From Chiloscyllium plagiosum (lineage: Eukaryota): a DNA stretch of 33,136 nucleotides. Location: positions 2,644,216 through 2,677,351 of the forward strand of contig NC_057758.1 of assembly GCF_004010195.1 (NCBI RefSeq), in the 5' to 3' direction. The translations under genes and the position numbers were made by a program. Positions 1-11,897 of this stretch are shown here, one piece after another. The notes below the pieces were generated by a model. It was given only the letters and a program-made list of their open reading frames with translations. It was not told the origin of the DNA and ran no database searches. The stretch's first letter is position 1, and every line of letters begins with the position of its first letter.

Positions 1-1034
1 CCGGTCGAGGTCAGAGAGTGGTGGTAGATGGTAAATATTCAGCCTGGAGCCCAGTTACAAGTGGAGTTCTGCAGGGATCAGTTCTGGGTCCTCTGCTGTT
101 TGTAATTTTTATTAATGACTTAGATGAGGGAGTCGAAGGGTGGGTCAGTAAATTTGCAGATGATACGAAGATAGGTGGAGTTGTGGACAGTGAGGAGGGC
201 TGTTGTCGGCTGCAGAGGGACTTAGATATGATGCAGAGCTGGGCTGAGGAGTGGCAGATGGAGTTCAACCCTGCCAAGTGTGAGGTTGTCCATTTTGGAA
301 AGACAAATAAGAATGCGGAATACAGGGTTAATGGTAGGGTTCTTAGTCAGGTGGAGGAACAGAGGGATCTTGGGGTCTATGTACATAGTTCTTTGAAGGT
401 TGCCACTCAGGTGGATAGAGTTTGTAAGAAGGTCTATGGAGTATTATCGTTCATTAGCAGAGGGATTGAATTCAAGTGTCGTGAAGTGATGTTGCAACTG
501 TACAGGACTTTGGTTAGGCCATATTTGGAGTACTGTGTGCAGTTCTGGTCGCCTCACTTTAGGAAGGATGTGGAAGCTTTGGAGAGGGTGCAGAGAAGAT
601 TTACCTGGATGTTGCCTGGAATGGAGAATAGGTCGTACGAGGATAGGTTGAGAGTTCTCGGCCTTTTCTTGTTGGAACGGCGAAGGATGAGGGGTGACTT
701 GATAGAGGTTTATAAGATGATCAGAGGAATAGATAGAGTAGACAGTCAGAAACTTTTTCCCCGGGTACAACAGAGTGTTACAAGGGGACATAAATTTAAG
801 GTGAAGGGTGGAAGGTATAGGGGAGATGTCAGGGGTGGGTTCTTTACCCAGAGAGTGGTGGGGGCATGGAATGCGCTGCCCGTGGGAGTGGTAGAGTCGG
901 AATCATTGGCGACCTTTAAGCGGCATTTGGATAGGTTCATGGATGGGTACTTAATCTAGGTGAGAAGTTCGGCACAACATCGTGGGCCGAAGGGCCTGTT
1001 CTGTGCTGTATTGTTCTATGTTCTATGTTCTATG
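1..1034 (+). mobile_element. Young CR1-type LINE, 3' part (ORF2 RT, short 3'UTR, (TTCTATG)3 tail); continues off the left edge
   Basis: Uninterrupted RT frame. The 3'UTR GGCACAACATCGTGGGCCGAAGGGCCTGTTCTGTGCTGTA ends in TTCTATG repeats at 1014-1034. Confidence 0.95.
3..959 (+). CDS. CR1 ORF2 reverse transcriptase, C-terminal ~318 aa (5'-partial)
   Basis: Motifs GVLQGSVLGP, FADDTK, MEFNPAKC, LYRTLVRPYLEYCVQFWSP, FFTQRVVGAWNALP. The frame is open from the window edge to TAG at 957-959. Confidence 0.93.
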   Translation, partial: GRGQRVVVDGKYSAWSPVTSGVLQGSVLGPLLFVIFINDLDEGVEGWVSKFADDTKIGGVVDSEEGCCRLQRDLDMMQSWAEEWQMEFNPAKCEVVHFGKTNKNAEYRVNGRVLSQVEEQRDLGVYVHSSLKVATQVDRVCKKVYGVLSFISRGIEFKCREVMLQLYRTLVRPYLEYCVQFWSPHFRKDVEALERVQRRFTWMLPGMENRSYEDRLRVLGLFLLERRRMRGDLIEVYKMIRGIDRVDSQKLFPRVQQSVTRGHKFKVKGGRYRGDVRGGFFTQRVVGAWNALPVGVVESESLATFKRHLDRFMDGYLI

Positions 1035-1254
1035 TAAGGTCGATGGGCTTGTTGTGCAAATCGATATAAAGGGTTATGATTTATTTGCAATTGCAGAAAC
1101 GTGATGAGCTAGGTGAGAAGTTCGGCACAACATCGTGGGCCGAAGGGCCTGTTCTGTGCTGTATTGTTCTATGTTCTATGTAAGGTCGATGGGCTTGTTC
1201 TGCAAATCGATATAAAGGGTTATGATTTATTTGCAATTGCAGAAACGTGATGAG
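956..1254 (+). repeat. Direct tandem duplication of CR1 tail plus 74 bp of flank (956-1108 and 1109-1254)
   Basis: The two units differ by one TTCTATG unit and one substitution (gttgtg/gttctg). Confidence 0.93.
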
Positions 1255-1810
1255 TGGGAATTAAATATCCAATAGTATCAGTTAACTAGGAAGAAGAGGC
1301 AAGAAAGTCAGGGAAGTCGAGTCGCACTGTTCATTAAGGATAAGATTAGGGCAACAGGGAGAGAGGAAAACTGATCTAAGGAGCATAACGTTGGATCCAT
1401 TTTGGTGGAAATTAAGAATAGTATGGGGAAGAAGTCACTGGTGGGACTCGTCTATTGGCAACCCATTGCTGCAGTGACACAGGTGATCAATTAAGGCATA
1501 TGTGACCTATGTAAGAATGGAAAGGCAGTAGACATTGGGGACATTAAGATGCACATAGGATTACCCAAATCAGTTGGGTAGAGATAGTCTTGGAAAGGTG
1601 TTCATAGAATTCGTTGATGATAACACTCTTGAACAGCGTGTTACCGAACCTACAAGGAAGCATGCAATCTTAAATATGGTTCTGGGTAATGACACAGGTA
1701 CAATAAATGATATCCTAATCAAAGATCCACTGAGAAGGTGTGATCACAGTATGATCAAAGTTTGGATTCAAATGGAAGGTTAAATAGTATCATCTAAAAC
1801 CAATTTGGCT
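1035..1810 (+). mobile_element. Old CR1 fragment, APE endonuclease region (target of the young CR1)
   Basis: Translates as KVDGLVVQIDIKGYDLFAIAET, later EQRVTEPTRKHAILNMVLGN...DHSMI. Stops and frameshifts are present. Confidence 0.8.
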
Positions 1811-3130
1811 TGTACATCAAGCACACATATATATATTCAGTAAAATGCAAACATACAGAACTACATTCAGCTTTCGTCTGTGGTTCTCCCAGCACCAAAT
1901 GCCTCTCTTTCTCATCCTGGTCTCGACAATGCATTGGCGATCATGTTTTCGCGTCCTGGAACATTTACAATTTTCAAATTCAATGGGTATAATAACAAGA
2001 TCCACCTAAACAGCCTGGCATTTTTTACCTTAAATTTCTTCATGAAATTCAATGGCATATGATCGGACAGTACAATTGTCTCAAACGTGTTACTCGTATC
2101 CTTAGCACTTAAATGTTGTAGTGCCAACACCAAACTTCACGTCTCTTTCTAAACTATTGAATATTTCTGCTGATGAACGTTCAACCTTCTGGAGAAATAC
2201 TCAATAGATCTTCCTATCTCCTCCTCGTTTTCCTGCAGGAGCACAACACTGACACCTTTATTATTCGCATCGACAGCCCACTTGAAATGTTTTGTATAAC
2301 CACGTGAGTCTGATACTGTGGAAGTGGTTAAGACAGTTTTCAGACTGCCAAATACGTTGTTCATTGAAACCTCTAGCCTCTCTTTAGCAATTTAGTGAGT
2401 GGACACCCACACTGCTAACATTTCAATACTTTCAATAAAATCGAATCACTCCAAGGAACCAACGTACTGCTCTGTCTGTCGATAGCATGGGAAATTGTCC
2501 AATTACTTTCATTGTACATGTCCAATAACATGCCCCAACACTTTGGCAAATTCACTTTTAGCTAGGTTTGCCACCAACCCTGGAATCCAAATTCGAACGG
2601 ACAAGTCCGATAAACGTTGTACATGCTCCTTCCATGAGTGACTAAAAATCACCAGCTCATCGATGTACACCACACATGTGGAGTAAGGTAATGCCCTTAT
2701 TGGTTGGTTTCTGAAACGTTTCTCATACCAGCTGGAATGACGTTAAGCTTATACAGTCTATTTGGCGTTAGGAAACCCCGAAATTGCCTCTGTTCTTTCT
2801 GACAGAGGCACCTGCCTCTGAGCAAGTCCAACCGAGAAATGCAAGTTCCTGTCCCACCTTTTCAACAGTCTTCCAGTCGCGGAATTGGATATGCACCAGT
2901 CTTTCTAACTGCATTGACTTTGTGATTGTCTACACAAAACCACTGGGGGGCATCTGGCTTTCAAACCATTGCTCTGGGCGAGCTACCGTCCTTGTCACTC
3001 ACTTTAATTATGCCATTTTGGAACATGATACTTTGAAATACCGTCGAGCCAAATGCTCAGCTTGATTTAATCATTCTCTAAAATTGAACACATTGCCTAA
3101 ATGTGTGGTCACTGAATTCTGACGTAATAA

Positions 3131-3202
3131 TGGGAGGGTCAGTGTGGACTTATTGGGCCGAAGGGCCTGTTTCAACACTGTCGGGAATCTAATCTAATCT
3201 AA
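3131..3202 (+). mobile_element. HE1 SINE / partner-LINE 3' tail fragment inserted in Gypsy A
   Basis: GGGTCAGTGTGGACTTATTGGGCCGAAGGGCCTGTTTC...GGGAATCTAATCTAATCTAA matches the reverse complement of the tails at 20472 and 20796. Confidence 0.85.
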
Positions 3203-6200
3203 TGGTGCTCTCATTTCCTGCCCAAAAACAAATTCAAATGGTCTGAGTTTGGTTGATTCATTTGGTACATCTGTGATCGCAAAAAGGACAAACAGAATTC
3301 CCTTATCCCAATCATCTATATTGTCCTGGAAATAAAGCTTCAACATGGTCTTTCGTATTTGATGTCACCCTTCTTGGGCTCCCTGTGATTCTGCATAGCA
3401 TGAACTAGACTTGAATTACTTTATGCCTAAGCGTTCCACAACTTCATTTAATTCTAGTTTACCTTGAGCTGCCTGTATCTGCATTGACAGCCCGGATATA
3501 ATTTTAAAAAGTAATTCCTCTACAATAATTTTAGTTGTGGTATTGTGTAATGGAACTGACTCTGTAAATCTCGATGATACATCCATTGTTGTTAACAAAT
3601 ACTGATTCCCCACTTCTTGTTTTAGGTACAGGACCAATGCAATCAATTCAGACTCTTGAAAATGGTTCCAGAAATGCTGGAATATGTATTAAAGGTGCAG
3701 GTTTTATTACTGCCTGTGGTTTTCCACTTACTTGACCTGTATGACATATCTGGCAAAAATTCAACTTCATCCTTGAACAGTCCAGGCTAGTAAAACAGTC
3801 CTTGTATTTGAGCCTGTGCTTTCTTCACTCCTAAATGACCTGCAAGTGGTAACTCATGCGAAAGTTGCAAAACCTTACTTCTGTGCTCCACTGGGAATAC
3901 GATTTGATCAAATTCTGCACATTTCTCATCTGCTTGAATATGTGATTGTGTCCATTTCCTTACTATGATATAATTGTTTTTAAGTAATAACACGCAGACT
4001 CCTTCTCTGTGCATATATAGCTGTTTTAAATTTTCATGTTACTGCTGCAACTCAATAAGTTTTGCAGAGCTAAAGGTATTTGCATGATTATTTAGTTGCT
4101 CCTGATTCGTCTCAACTAACCAATCGAACACAGTCTCTACGAAAGCCACTTCACCTTCCTTATGCGCAACATTTGATCTCTCCTCCTCAAACTGGTGACT
4201 CTGTGACCTCGGTACTACACAATCAGGGAAAATCCCCCGAAAACAAACATGCATTATTGCAGTTACTTGATACTCCACTAGCTTCTCAATTATAGTAGGT
4301 AGTACGCTGACGGGTGAATCCGCTGTATTCCAGACAATTCATATTCCAAGAGCTGAGAGTTTGTCCAGTATTCCTAACAGACATTTTCCACACTTTTTTG
4401 GAGATTCCATTTCATTTTACATAATTGAGTGCTTTTTATCCCGCCATAAATTCTTGTTAGCATTTCCTTTTCTGGCAATAGTCTTTCTGGAGTACATATC
4501 TCCTCATCCTTCAGTATCACAGGCTGAGAGGACCCTGTTACCCTTAATATTACAACCGCTTTGTCTGCTATCCCTTGCCTATGTGAATACAATTTGTCTT
4601 TGCAAGGATACTTTTTAAGCAGATCTGGCGCTTCCTCCTTAACCAACTTCCAATCAGGTTGCACGCTCTGATTCAGCTTTCCACCTTACACTGTACTTTC
4701 TGTTATCATCCCAGCAAAACTTCCAGGCTTATCCTGTTTTCCCACGTAGGGTTTTCCTGTGCTTTTTCCAGTGTACCAACACTGTGATTTTTAGTGACCT
4801 ACTATATTACAACGAAAACACCAGAGCTTTTTATCTTTTCTGTCTCTTTCAACGGTTTCATTTTTAACCTCTGGTGAGGTTCCCTTATGATCTTCTCTGA
4901 GATCTACCTTTCCCTTTCCATGTGACGATTTATCTTTTCCCCAATTTTTAGCCTTCACGTACCGAAATTCATTTGGAAAACTAAATTGCGGTTTTATGGA
5001 CCAGCTCATAATCATCAGCCACTTCAGCTGGTATCCTTGCTGGTATCCTATCATATCTGCTTATCCACATGAGTTCCCATTATGACAAGCAGCGAATGTT
5101 TGAGCTCCTCCAAAATACTTGCCTCTCTAAGAGCATCATGAGTTTACTCTATTCTTAAAGCTCTGATCCACCTACCAAAATGACTTTGATCCTTTCAAAC
5201 TCGACATAGGTTGAACGAGAGCCTCTCCTTAGATTCCTGAAACGTTGTGTATCTGCTTCTGGTACAAGCACAAATGCAATTAGGACTGTTTTCTTCAGCT
5301 CCTCATAGTCCCCAAATACTTCCTCTGATAAGGATGTGAATACCTCACTTGCTCTACCTCTATGTTTGGTCTAGATCAACAAAATGCTCATGGTTACTGG
5401 CCTTTGCACTTGTTTAGCGACTTTTACAAATGAGATGAAAAAGACTTCCACGTCCTTCTCATCATAACTTGGCAAAGTTGGAACATACTTAAGCAGTTTT
5501 TCATCAGACTTTTGACTATTAGTGGCTTGCTCATCCTCATGCATTGCCTTACTGAGCCTACGTTCAGCAGTCATTTCCAACCTTTTAATCTGACTTTCCT
5601 TTTTAAGTGTCAATTTCTAAAGTTCAAGCACTCTCTTTTTTTCTTCCTCTTCTGCTTTTAATCGTAGGTCAAAGTGTTTAATTTCTGCTTCTAATTGAAG
5701 CTTCTTCATTTGTAACTGAACATAGAACATTGAACAACATAATGCTGAACAGGCACTTCGGCCCTTGATGTCGCATCAACCTGCAAACTAATCTAAGCCC
5801 ATCCCCCAACACTATTCAAACGTCATCTATATTCTTATCGAAGCACTGTTTAATGCCTCTAATGTGGCTGGGTTAACTACATTGGCAGGCAGGGCATTTC
5901 CCACTCTTACCATTCTCTGAGTAAAGAGCTGCCTATGAAATCTGTCTTAAATATATCACTCCTCAACTTGTAATTTTGCCCCCTCATACAAGCTGATGTA
6001 ATCATCTGAGGAAAAAGACTCTCACTGTCCTCCCGATCTAATCCTCAGATCATCTTGTATGTCTCTATTAAATCATTTCTAAGCCTTCTTCTCTCCAATG
6101 CGAACAGACTCAAGTTCTTCTGCTTTTCCTCATAATACCTTCCTTCTATACAAGGCAACATCCTGGTAAATCTCCTCTCTACCTTTCTCCAATGCTTCCA

Positions 6201-7536
6201 CATCATTCCAGTATTGGGGCGACCAGAACTGGACACAATATTTCAAGTGGGGCTGCACGTACGATTTGTACAGTTGCAGAATGACTCTAGAATGGTTCTG
6301 GAACCCAGTCCCTCTTCCAATAAAACCCAACTCACCGTATGCCTTCTGAGCAGCTCTATCAACCTGGTTCGCAACTTTCAGGGATCTATGTACATGGACA
6401 CCAAGATTCCATTGCACATCCACATTACCAATAATCTTACCGCTGACCCAGTATTCTGCCTTCCTGTTATTCTTCCCAAAGTGAATCATCTTACATGTAT
6501 CTGCACTGAACTCCATTTACCACGTCTCAGTCCAATTCTGTAGTTTGTTAAAATCGCCCTGCAACCTGGAACATTCTTCCGCAATGTCCACAACTCCACC
6601 GACTTCAGTGTCATCTGCAAACTTACTAATCCACCTATGCCTGTGCCCAAGTCTTTTATAAACATGACAAACAACAGTGGTCCCAAAACGCTAACCGAAC
6701 TCTAGGCTGAATATTATCCTTCAACCACCATTCGCTGCCTTCTTACAGAAAGCCATTTTCTAATCCAAACTGCGAAATCACCCTCAAGCCCATGCCTCCA
6801 CATTTTCTCCAATAGCCTACCATGTGAACCTTATCAAAGGCTTTATTGAAGTCCATGCACACCACGTCAATTGCCCTATCCTCATTCACATACTTGGTCA
6901 TCTTCTCAAAGCACTCAATGAGCTTTGTGAGACACAATCATGTTAACTATATACAAACAAGTTGTTGCTTGCTCAATGATTATAAATCCTACGTCATAGA
7001 ATCCTTTCCAAAAGTTTTCTTGCAACAGACGTAAGGTTCACTGTCTATACTTACCTGGGTCATCTCTGCTGCCCTTCTTGATCAAGGGCATAACATTTGC
7101 AATCATCCTGTCGTCAGGTACTAAATCTGTAGAAATGATGACTCAAAGATCAAGGCAAATGTCTCTGATATCTCCTCCCTAGAGTCCCAGAGAACCCGCG
7201 GAGAAATCCCATCCAGACCCGGGGACTTCCCCACTTTCACACATTCTAGAATTGATAACACGTATCTCCTTACTGACCTCAATCCCTTCAAGTCTAATAG
7301 CCCGTATCTCAGTCTTCTCCTCTACTCCTTTTCTTGAGTGAAACAGATGAGAAATATTCATTCAGCATCTCACAGATCTCCACAGTGTCCAAACACAACT
7401 TCCCAATTTTGTCTTTGACTGGCCCTATTCTTACCATATTCACCCTGTTGTTCCTCATCTATCTATTGAAAGCTTTGGAGTTCTTCGTTATTCTACCTGC
7501 TAAAGACTACTCATGTAATCTCTTTGGTCTTCTTAA

Positions 7537-7540
<4 letters not shown>

Positions 7541-7586
<46 letters not shown>
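7541..7586. repeat. (CT)n microsatellite, about 23 units
   Basis: Pure CT run inside CR1 ORF2. Confidence 0.97.
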
Positions 7587-7587
<1 letters not shown>

Positions 7588-8663
7588 AGCCATTCCTAGC
7601 TAATTTGTAACTCTCAATCGCCTCATCTGAACTATCTCGTCTCAACTTCACGTCAGCTTCCCTCTTCCACTTAACAAGAGAAATAATTTCTTTCGAAAAC
7701 TACCGTATCCCTCTTCACTGCCTGACAGGGACAAACCTATCAAGGACACTTAATGTCTGTTCATGAAACCATCTCCACATTTCGATTGTCCCCATCCCTT
7801 GCATTTTGCAGCGCCATTCTGTGCCTCCTAAGTCTTGCCTAATCGCATTGTAATTGCCATCTCCCCCATCTATAACTCTTGCCCAGTGGCATGTATCTAT
7901 CTCTCTCCTTCACTAAACTAAATGTAACCGAATAATCGTCACTCTGCAAAGTGCTCATCTATCACTGAATCAAGCACCTAGCCTGGTTCATTACCAGGTA
8001 CCAGATCCAATGTGGCCTCCCCTCTTGTCGGTGCTTCGACATAAGGTGTCAAGAAACCCGACTGCACAAAATGGACACAAACGTATCTTTCTGACATACA
8101 AGAGCTACGGCATTTCCAGTCATTGTTGCAGAAATTGAAATCCCCCATAATGACTACTATGCTCATTTCACTCCGCCCAGAAACATTTTGCCACTCATCA
8201 CCTCCAAATACGTGATACTTTGAGGATATCTATAAAAAGAACTCCCAGCAGTGTGACTCCTGTTTCTAACTTCCGCTCACATCACATCAGGAGACAATCC
8301 TCGTCAAAAGCTCTTTCAGCCACCGTTACACTGTCCTTGACTGACAAAGCCACACCTACTCCTCCTTTACCACCTTCCCTGATCTTAATGAAATACCTAA
8401 ACCGTGGAACCTCCAACATCATTCCTGACCCCGCTCTATCCATAAATCCGAAATGGCCAGAAAATCAAAGTCCCTGGTATTTATCCATGTTGCAAACTCA
8501 CCTACCTTATTCCGGATACTCCTGACGGTGAAGTTGACACACCTCAAACCAGCCTGTTCCCTTCCAGCACACCCTTGTGACTGTAAAATCCTGTCCATGT
8601 CCTCCTCAATCTCATCCTCTTGAGTACTGGAACTACATCACAGTTTCTCATCCCGCTTATGAG

Positions 8664-9253
8664 CTAGTTTAAACCCACCCGAGTAGCACTGGCGAATTTC
8701 TCACCCACGGTATTATTACCTCTCTGGTTCAAGTGAAGACCATCGTGTCTGTGGAGGTCCCACCTTCCCCAGAATGAGCCCCAATTATCCATATCTCTGA
8801 AACCCTTTCTCCGCACTGTCCCTGCAGCCACGTGTTCAGCTGCTATCTCTCCCTGTTTCTCGCGTGGCACAGGTAGCAAACCAGAGATAACAACACTGTT
8901 TGTTCCAGCTCTCAGCTTCCACTGTGGATCCCTGAAACCTTGCCTTACATCCCTGTCTCTCTTTATACCTATGTCGTTGGTAACTATCTGGACCGCGAAA
9001 GGGAGCTGATCACCCTCTCCCTTCAGGGCCACAAAGACATGATCCAAGACATCATGGACCCTGGAGCCTGGGAGGCAACACACCAAACGTGAGTCCCTTT
9101 CCTTCCCAACATACTATCTGACCCTCTAACTACTGAGTCCTCAATGACTAACACTCTCCTCCTTTTTCCCCTTGCCTTCTGTGCAACAGGGACAGGTTCG
9201 GTGCCAGACACCTGCACCCCAAGCATGCTCCTGATAAATCGCTCCCTCAACAA
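8664..9253 (-). pseudogene. CR1 ORF1 SGNH/GDSL esterase domain, frameshifted
   Basis: VLVIEDSVVRG (GDS block), VCCLPGSRVHDV, IVTNDIG, VVISGLLPVPR, DGLHLNQRG. Confidence 0.85.
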
Positions 9254-9721
9254 TATCCAAAACGGTATACTTGCGTTTCAGAATAACGAAAACAGGGATC
9301 CCCGCACTGATAGTTTCTACTTATCTGTAACTACTTCCCTGTAACTCTTATCTATCACGGACTCTGCCTCCAGAATGAACAGAAATTCATCCAACTCCAG
9401 CTCCAGTTCTTTAACACTATCTGGGAGGAGCAAGAGTTGTTTGCACTTCTTGCAGATACACTTGCATGGAACACGAATGGCGTTCCTCTACGTCAAACAT
9501 CATGCAGTAGGAACATTTCTCTCCCTGCACTGCTATCCCTGCTCGTCCCCATATCAGAAATTATAAAAGGAGAGAAGCTTATCCGATGTGTCCCTGGTGT
9601 TTAAGGTTAGAGGAGCTGGATGGGCGGAACGCCCAACAAGGTTAGGGTCTTGGGTTTAGAAAACACTCACTTATACAGCTGAGGGGGAAAAGTCCTCCAT
9701 TTCCCAGAAACCTCTGCTCTC

Positions 9722-9951
9722 TGAGGTAAGTTTTTAAACATTTAAATTCGTGATTTACCTTTCCCGAAAGGCCGCTAGTCCCTGCTCCCGCTCTTCCTGC
9801 TGCTGGCAACATAAATGAAGGGCTTTGACGCTGGAGCTAAGTTTTTAAACATTTAAATTTGTGACTCACCTTTGCCCTCAGGCCCAAGCCCAAGCTCCCG
9901 CTCTTCCTGCTGCTGAAAACAGAATCAGAATGCTCCGACGCTCGAGGTAAG
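9722..9951 (-). repeat. ~110-bp monomer repeats in the CR1 5'UTR (two copies plus a partial third)
   Basis: AG(G/C)TAAG recurs at 9724, 9835 and 9945. Two units share TTTTTAAACATTTAAATT and GCTCCCGCTCTTCCTGCTGCTG. Confidence 0.75.
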
Positions 9952-10247
9952 CGTTTCGTTTGGCTCTCTCTACAGATCCTGATGATGATTCCAGCAAATT
10001 AATATGCTGGGCCAATGCTGCAATCAGTTCATCTTTCCTCACAATAGGAGGTAAATTCAAACACCAGCTTGTCGACTAATTCCCGCAGCTTGGTCTTATA
10101 TGCCTTTTGTAATCCTCAATGGCATTTCACCCACCTCCAGAACCTCCTTGGTGACTGAAAGAACCATTGCTATCCGAACGCTGTTTAAATGAAGCATATC
10201 ATCACCCGTTTAAAATAAAAGACACTAGCACCGATCCCTCGCAGCTT

Positions 10248-10269
10248 AAATCCCGCAATGAACCAACAA
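10248..10269 (-). promoter_or_regulatory. Degenerate primer-binding site (tRNA-Pro-like) of Gypsy A
   Basis: Minus strand reads ...GTCCATGACA GATTGTTGGTTCATTGCGGGATT, compared with the Pro PBS TGGGGGCTCGTCCGGGATT. It occupies the same position as the PBS in copy B. Confidence 0.5.
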
Positions 10270-10271
10270 TC

Positions 10272-10874
10272 TGTCATGGACAAGGCCAGACCACACAAAA
10301 TATTTTAAGCAGATACTCCAGAGTGTAAATTAGCTACTTGTTAGTGTATATGAGTATTGCCAGAGCATATTAGCTGGTTTGACTGCCAAGTTATAAACAA
10401 ATTTTATTTTAACAATTGCGTGATGAAATACAAAGATCAGAAAATAGAATATCAGATAACCTACTCTATCCAAACCCGACGTAATGATTATGTTCTGAAA
10501 ATACATGCAACACCCCCATTACGCAATCCTATAGCACAAAACACAACATTAAGACAGACAACTTACTTTTTGCGAATTCAGAAGACAGGAGGGGAGATAG
10601 AAGACGTTGCAGTCTTTTTCACATACAGCTGCCACTGAACTCGCTAAAGTTCTGAAATTAATCCAAAAAAAGTTAATCCAAACGACAGTGAGCTACGCAG
10701 TTAGCTGGCCACTCCCCTTTAATTGTACTGGTTTGTTAAGACATGAAACTGTTCGGCTGGATGTATTACCAGATTGGCCGAGCAATGGGCCCCAATAGAC
10801 TATTCAATCTTCAATCAAAAGGGAACCTTGTGTCGTTATATCTTCTCTGGAAATAACTCAAGGGCATAGCAACA
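10272..10874 (-). repeat. 5' LTR of Gypsy A (~600 bp, TG...CA)
   Basis: Minus strand begins TGTTGCTATGC and ends GGTCTGGCCTTGTCCATGACA. Its ends and length match the LTR at 24519-25118. Confidence 0.7.
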
Positions 10875-11045
10875 TTGTAAGAAGGACCAGTGGTGTGACA
10901 CGTGGTAAAAGTGGATATTGGATAAAACAATTTCCAGAAGACTTTTGATAAGGTGTGGCATAAAAGATTCATCCATAAGATAAGAATGGATGGAGTTGAG
11001 GGGATTGTCCTAGCATGGATGAAGGATTGGTTAAACAATAGAAAG

Positions 11046-11180
11046 GTGAAAATAAGGACTGCAGATGCTAGAGATTAGAGTCGAGAGTGTGGTTCAGGAG
11101 AAGCACAGTAGGTCAGGCAGCATCTGTAGAACTGGAAAATGTATGTCTCCGGCAACAGCCCTACATGAGGAATGAGCCTC
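11046..11180 (-). mobile_element. Short Penelope-terminus/MER6-like element, old copy, 13-bp TSD
   Basis: GACTGCAGATGCT...GGTCAGGCAGCATC is shared with the copies at 11898 and 28606. TSD AA(A/C)CAATAGAAAG at 11033-11045 and 11181-11193. Confidence 0.75.
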
Positions 11181-11897
11181 AACCAATAGAAAGCAGAGTT
11201 CTGATACACACGTGCTTCTCTGGTTGGAGGTCATTGGTAAGCTGGGTTGAGCCCGCAAAATTTCATGCTATGCATAAATAATTTGGAAGAGGAGACCGAG
11301 TGTAACGTTTGCTGTTAACACCAAATTCAGTTGAAAAGAAAATTGTGCAGAGGATATGGAGAGTCTCAGAGAGATTTAGATCTAGTAAATAAGAGTGCAA
11401 GGGCCCAGCACATATAGCAGAAATATTGGTAAAATGAAGTAATCTAGTGTGCAAGTAAGCATTTTAGGTCAGGTTATTATTTTAATTGTGGAAATTTGGA
11501 GTATGCTAGTGTGCAGAAGGACTTGGCAGTGCTCGTGCATGAATGGGTAAAAGTTGATTTGCAGGTGCAACAGATAATCAGGAAGGCAAACGGAATATTG
11601 ATAATAATTGCTATTGGAATTAAATCTAAGTGCTTGGAGGTTCTGCTGCAATTGTACAAGATATTGTTGAGGGCCCACCTGCATGATTGTGTGCAGTTCT
11701 GGTCACCTTACCTGAGGAAGGATATACTGATTATGGAGGCGATGCAGAGGATGTTTACTGGTTAGATTCTGGAAATGAGGAGGATATGCTTTGAGGAGAG
11801 ATGTGGCCAGCTGGCGCTGAACTCGCTAGAACTAAGAATAAAGAGGAGTTTCTGATAGAAAATTGTATAATTATGAAAGGGATTGGTAAGATAGAGG

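Larger units (their letters stand above)
5718..9951 (-). mobile_element. Near full-length decayed CR1 LINE (5'UTR monomers, ORF1, EN, RT, tail) inserted in gag of Gypsy A
   Basis: Tail gaacatagaacat at ~5718; RT motifs DFNKAFDKV and PHLKYCVQFWSP; EN motifs MGDFN and PTRGEATLDLV; ORF1 at ~8664-9500. The gag frame resumes across it (...SVERAK / QLQMKKLQLEAE). Confidence 0.9.
1811..10874 (-). mobile_element. Gypsy LTR retrotransposon copy A (Gmr1-like order gag-PR-IN-RT-RH), decayed, split by a CR1 at 5718-9951
   Basis: On the minus strand, in order: gag ATG ~10167 (MVLSVTK); LPSYDEKDVEVFFISF; knuckle CFRCNIVGH; protease-like ILRVTGSSQ; IN HELPLAGHLGVKK and YLLTTMDVSSRF; RT ~3020-2450; RNase H FKWAVDANNKGVSVVLLQE; terminal PGRENMIANALSR at 1912. 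Confidence 0.9.

Noticed and set aside
7334..7588. ORF ending in an SL repeat
   Set aside because: It is antisense CR1 sequence running into a (CT)n microsatellite.
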